Source: a virus
Lineage: Duplodnaviria > Caudoviricetes
Virus record (IMG/VR): IMGVR_UViG_3300042890_003727
Coordinates: 1-53,374 of that record
Strand: one strand, 5' to 3'
DNA length: 53,374 nucleotides
In this document: one piece after another, positions 51,214 through 53,374 of the stretch
How positions within the stretch are numbered: the stretch's first letter is position 1
Layout of the letters: each line of letters starts with the position of its first letter
Position numbers and translations under genes: made by a program
The notes under the pieces: model-generated
Database searches by the model: none
What the model saw: only the letters and a program-made list of their open reading frames with translations
What the model was told of the DNA's origin: nothing

Positions 51214-51426
51214 ATGCGCCTTATTTCCACAATTAATAAAGCCGTTGGATTTTCTGCCAAAGTATACTATAACTCTGAGTTGTCAGAGTATACTGTAAAA
51301 TACTATCAGGGAAAAGATACTATGCATGAGGGTACATGGTATTATTCAAATGATAAACAAGATGCTATTAATACGGCGCACCATGAGCTTAATTACATGG
51401 CAAATAATAATGCTTTGGCAGATTAA
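51214..51426 (+). CDS. hypothetical protein
   Basis: KVY....EY.V.....YY..DK.DA..TA. Confidence 0.7.
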   Translation: MRLISTINKAVGFSAKVYYNSELSEYTVKYYQGKDTMHEGTWYYSNDKQDAINTAHHELNYMANNNALAD

Positions 51427-51441
51427 CTAAGGAATAATATC

Positions 51442-51675
51442 ATGATAATCGCAATATATAATCACGAATATGGAAATGATGTACGGGTATTTTCAAGTAT
51501 TGAAAGTGCATTAAACTGGAGAAATGAAATAGCTAATGATTATTGGAATGAGCATTATTACAATGATATTAAACCCGATAATGATATTGGGGCTTATTAT
51601 TTTGCAAATATGACAGATAATTCAGGGTTTTGTGAATCATTTGAGATAATCGAAAATGTTATCATTGAGGATTAA
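51442..51675 (+). CDS. hypothetical protein
   Basis: AAGGA RBS. Confidence 0.65.
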   Translation: MIIAIYNHEYGNDVRVFSSIESALNWRNEIANDYWNEHYYNDIKPDNDIGAYYFANMTDNSGFCESFEIIENVIIED

Positions 51676-51677
51676 TT

Positions 51678-51881
51678 ATGTATAATCAAGTAAGTAAACT
51701 GTATTTTTATGATTATATCGGAAAAAAGGATGTAATAATTGAAGTACAAAAAGAGCGCAATTGTTATATTAGCTATTTTAAAATGAGGGGATTAGATAAA
51801 GTAATAGGTTATATTCAAAATCAAAATCAAATGATTAAAGAAGATAATCATTATTTTCTTATATTACCTATGAGTAGGTAA
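51678..51881 (+). CDS. hypothetical protein
   Basis: GAGG RBS. Confidence 0.55.
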   Translation: MYNQVSKLYFYDYIGKKDVIIEVQKERNCYISYFKMRGLDKVIGYIQNQNQMIKEDNHYFLILPMSR

Positions 51882-51895
51882 TCACTCAAACTAGT

Positions 51896-51952
51896 AAATT
51901 CCGATAATATCTTAGAATAACTCTAGGGTATTATCTGGATGATATTAATTCC
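51896..51952 (+). other. intergenic long hairpin element, copy 4
   Basis: GATAATATCTTAGA/TCTAGGGTATTATC, nearly identical to copy 3. Confidence 0.75.
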
Positions 51953-51978
51953 AATATCACCAAACCAAAATCAGGATT

Positions 51979-52743
51979 ATGATTATGTCATGCACTGCAA
52001 AATCAACGGCTTATACAGGGTTTAAATCAGATAATCTGCTATCAATTAGCAGTGATGCTAAAACTAGTAAGGGTGAGAAACTGGGTTTTCTAACGGGTAT
52101 ATTATATCTCGCACCATACAAAACTATTCCCCTATATAATACTTGCCCTATGGCTGAAATAGCCGGGTGTAATATTGCATGCTTATATACTGCAGGACGT
52201 GGGGCTTATAGTAGTGTTCAAAATGCAAGAGTTAATAAGACTAAATGGTATTATCAAGACAGACAATCATTTATGAATCAGTTAGTAAAGAATATTAAAA
52301 CCCTCATCAAGAAAGCACATAAACAAAATCTAATTCCCCTTATTAGATTAAATGGAACATCAGATATTAAATGGGAAAGAATAATGCTGCAATATAATGG
52401 TGAACACTATGATAACATAATGCAATTATTCCCTGATGTTCAATTCTATGATTATACTAAGATAGTAAATCGAGATAATATCCCATGCAATTATGACTTG
52501 ACATTTAGTTATTCAGGAAAGCCTGAGTTTAGTAAATACGTTAACATGGCAGTAAATAAGGGTATGAGAATCGCGGCAGTATTTAGGGATAAAAAGAATA
52601 TCCCCGATAACTTCATGGGGCTTTCAGTAGTCAATGGGGATAATTCAGACATAAGGCACCTAGATAATCAGGGTGTAATTGTTGCACTTTACGCAAAAGG
52701 TAAAGCACGAAAAGACAATTCCGGTTTTGTTATTAATAACTAA
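51979..52743 (+). CDS. Gp88-like protein with Cys cluster (radical-SAM-like fold suspected)
   Basis: GILYLAP..CP.A..AGC..ACL..AGRG, RLNGTSDI.WE, QFYDYTK, NY.LTFS.S, GD.SD.R..D. Confidence 0.6.
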   Translation: MIMSCTAKSTAYTGFKSDNLLSISSDAKTSKGEKLGFLTGILYLAPYKTIPLYNTCPMAEIAGCNIACLYTAGRGAYSSVQNARVNKTKWYYQDRQSFMNQLVKNIKTLIKKAHKQNLIPLIRLNGTSDIKWERIMLQYNGEHYDNIMQLFPDVQFYDYTKIVNRDNIPCNYDLTFSYSGKPEFSKYVNMAVNKGMRIAAVFRDKKNIPDNFMGLSVVNGDNSDIRHLDNQGVIVALYAKGKARKDNSGFVINN

Positions 52744-52760
52744 ATAAAGGAGTTATTACT

Positions 52761-52880
52761 ATGCAAAAGCTAATTATTATCTCGTGCATTATCATGGCTT
52801 TTTATGCATTATTGTGGTTAGTATGCATTTTTGTATGCATGCTAGCAGCCGCAAGAGCTAGGATTCAAGCCAGAATCTAA
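52761..52880 (+). CDS. 39-aa hydrophobic peptide
   Basis: AAGGAG RBS; one TM segment and a basic tail. Confidence 0.55.
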   Translation: MQKLIIISCIIMAFYALLWLVCIFVCMLAAARARIQARI

Positions 52881-52898
52881 CGCTAACAAACCACCAGC

Positions 52899-52935
52899 AA
52901 AGCCCCTAGAATCAAATCTAGGGGCTTTTCTTTTT
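52899..52935 (+). terminator. intrinsic terminator
   Basis: AAAGCCCCTAGA-ATCAAA-TCTAGGGGCTTT plus TCTTTTT. Confidence 0.9.
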
Positions 52936-53374
52936 GGGTTGATGCAATGCCATGCATCCGGGAAATTCAAGCCCATAAGCGATTCTAGGGGCTTGTATCC
53001 GATAGGGTTTGAGGGTTCAATGCATGGGCTTTCATGCGATAGGCATGCATCGGGTTAATGCATGGGCTTGGATCCATGAGCTAATCGAAGGCTTAACTGA
53101 CGCGCCACTGACGTAACGCAGGCATTATCCCGACTAATAATATATGACAATATATAATATGACAAAATAAAATCGCCTCACTACGTTCGGGTTAATACCT
53201 TCAAGCAATAATCAATATAATATAAACCCGAAATATTAAAACCTAATACCATTACTAGGCTAGCGCATGGTTAACGTGATATTTTAAAATCCTGCAGTAT
53301 AACTACAGGGTAACACGCTGGGCTATCAAGCACCCTTGACTTACAGCAAAGCTATAACCCTACCGGCATATGAC

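Noticed and set aside
1-53374. Prophage or temperate lifestyle, or alternative genetic code
   Set aside because: No integrase, repressor or host genes are seen; long genes read normally in the standard bacterial code and all three stop codons are used.

Overview
This window is a large part of an AT-rich, lytic-type tailed dsDNA phage genome (siphovirus-like long non-contractile tail; host probably a freshwater Betaproteobacterium, which is inference). Layout: (1) 1-14.4 kb, + strand: tail tube, tail assembly chaperone, tape measure, tail tip, fibre and a holin/SAR-endolysin/Rz-Rz1 lysis cassette. (2) 14.5-32.6 kb, - strand: nucleotide metabolism and replication (thioredoxin, class I RNR, nucleotide pyrophosphatases, endonuclease VII, 5'-3' exonuclease, SSB, two tRNAs, family B DNA polymerase, T7-gp4-like primase-helicase, RNA ligase, DNA ligase). 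(3) 32.8-49.6 kb, + strand: early/accessory genes (two deaminases, kinase + Rnl1 ligase + phosphoesterase, ThyX, HU-like, SleB-like hydrolase, many small ORFs). (4) 49.6-50.4 kb: a non-coding block of repeats and host-factor-like binding sites. (5) 50.4-52.9 kb: very AT-rich small genes separated by long hairpins. The most unusual features are: a gene-cassette-like array (42.0-47.9 kb) in which about 16 copies of a 15-bp junction GGAGTTGAAGAATGA (RBS + stop + start) join eight 'MNERI...KFAELIV..EC...FGVEE' paralogs and unrelated small ORFs; an adjacent GC-rich mosaic gene of constant repeats flanking variable inserts; a dense array of DnaA-, sigma54-, NtrC- and TetR-like sites; and a predicted +1 (not -1) programmed frameshift in the tail chaperone. 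All family assignments come from motifs read by eye; no database searches were run.
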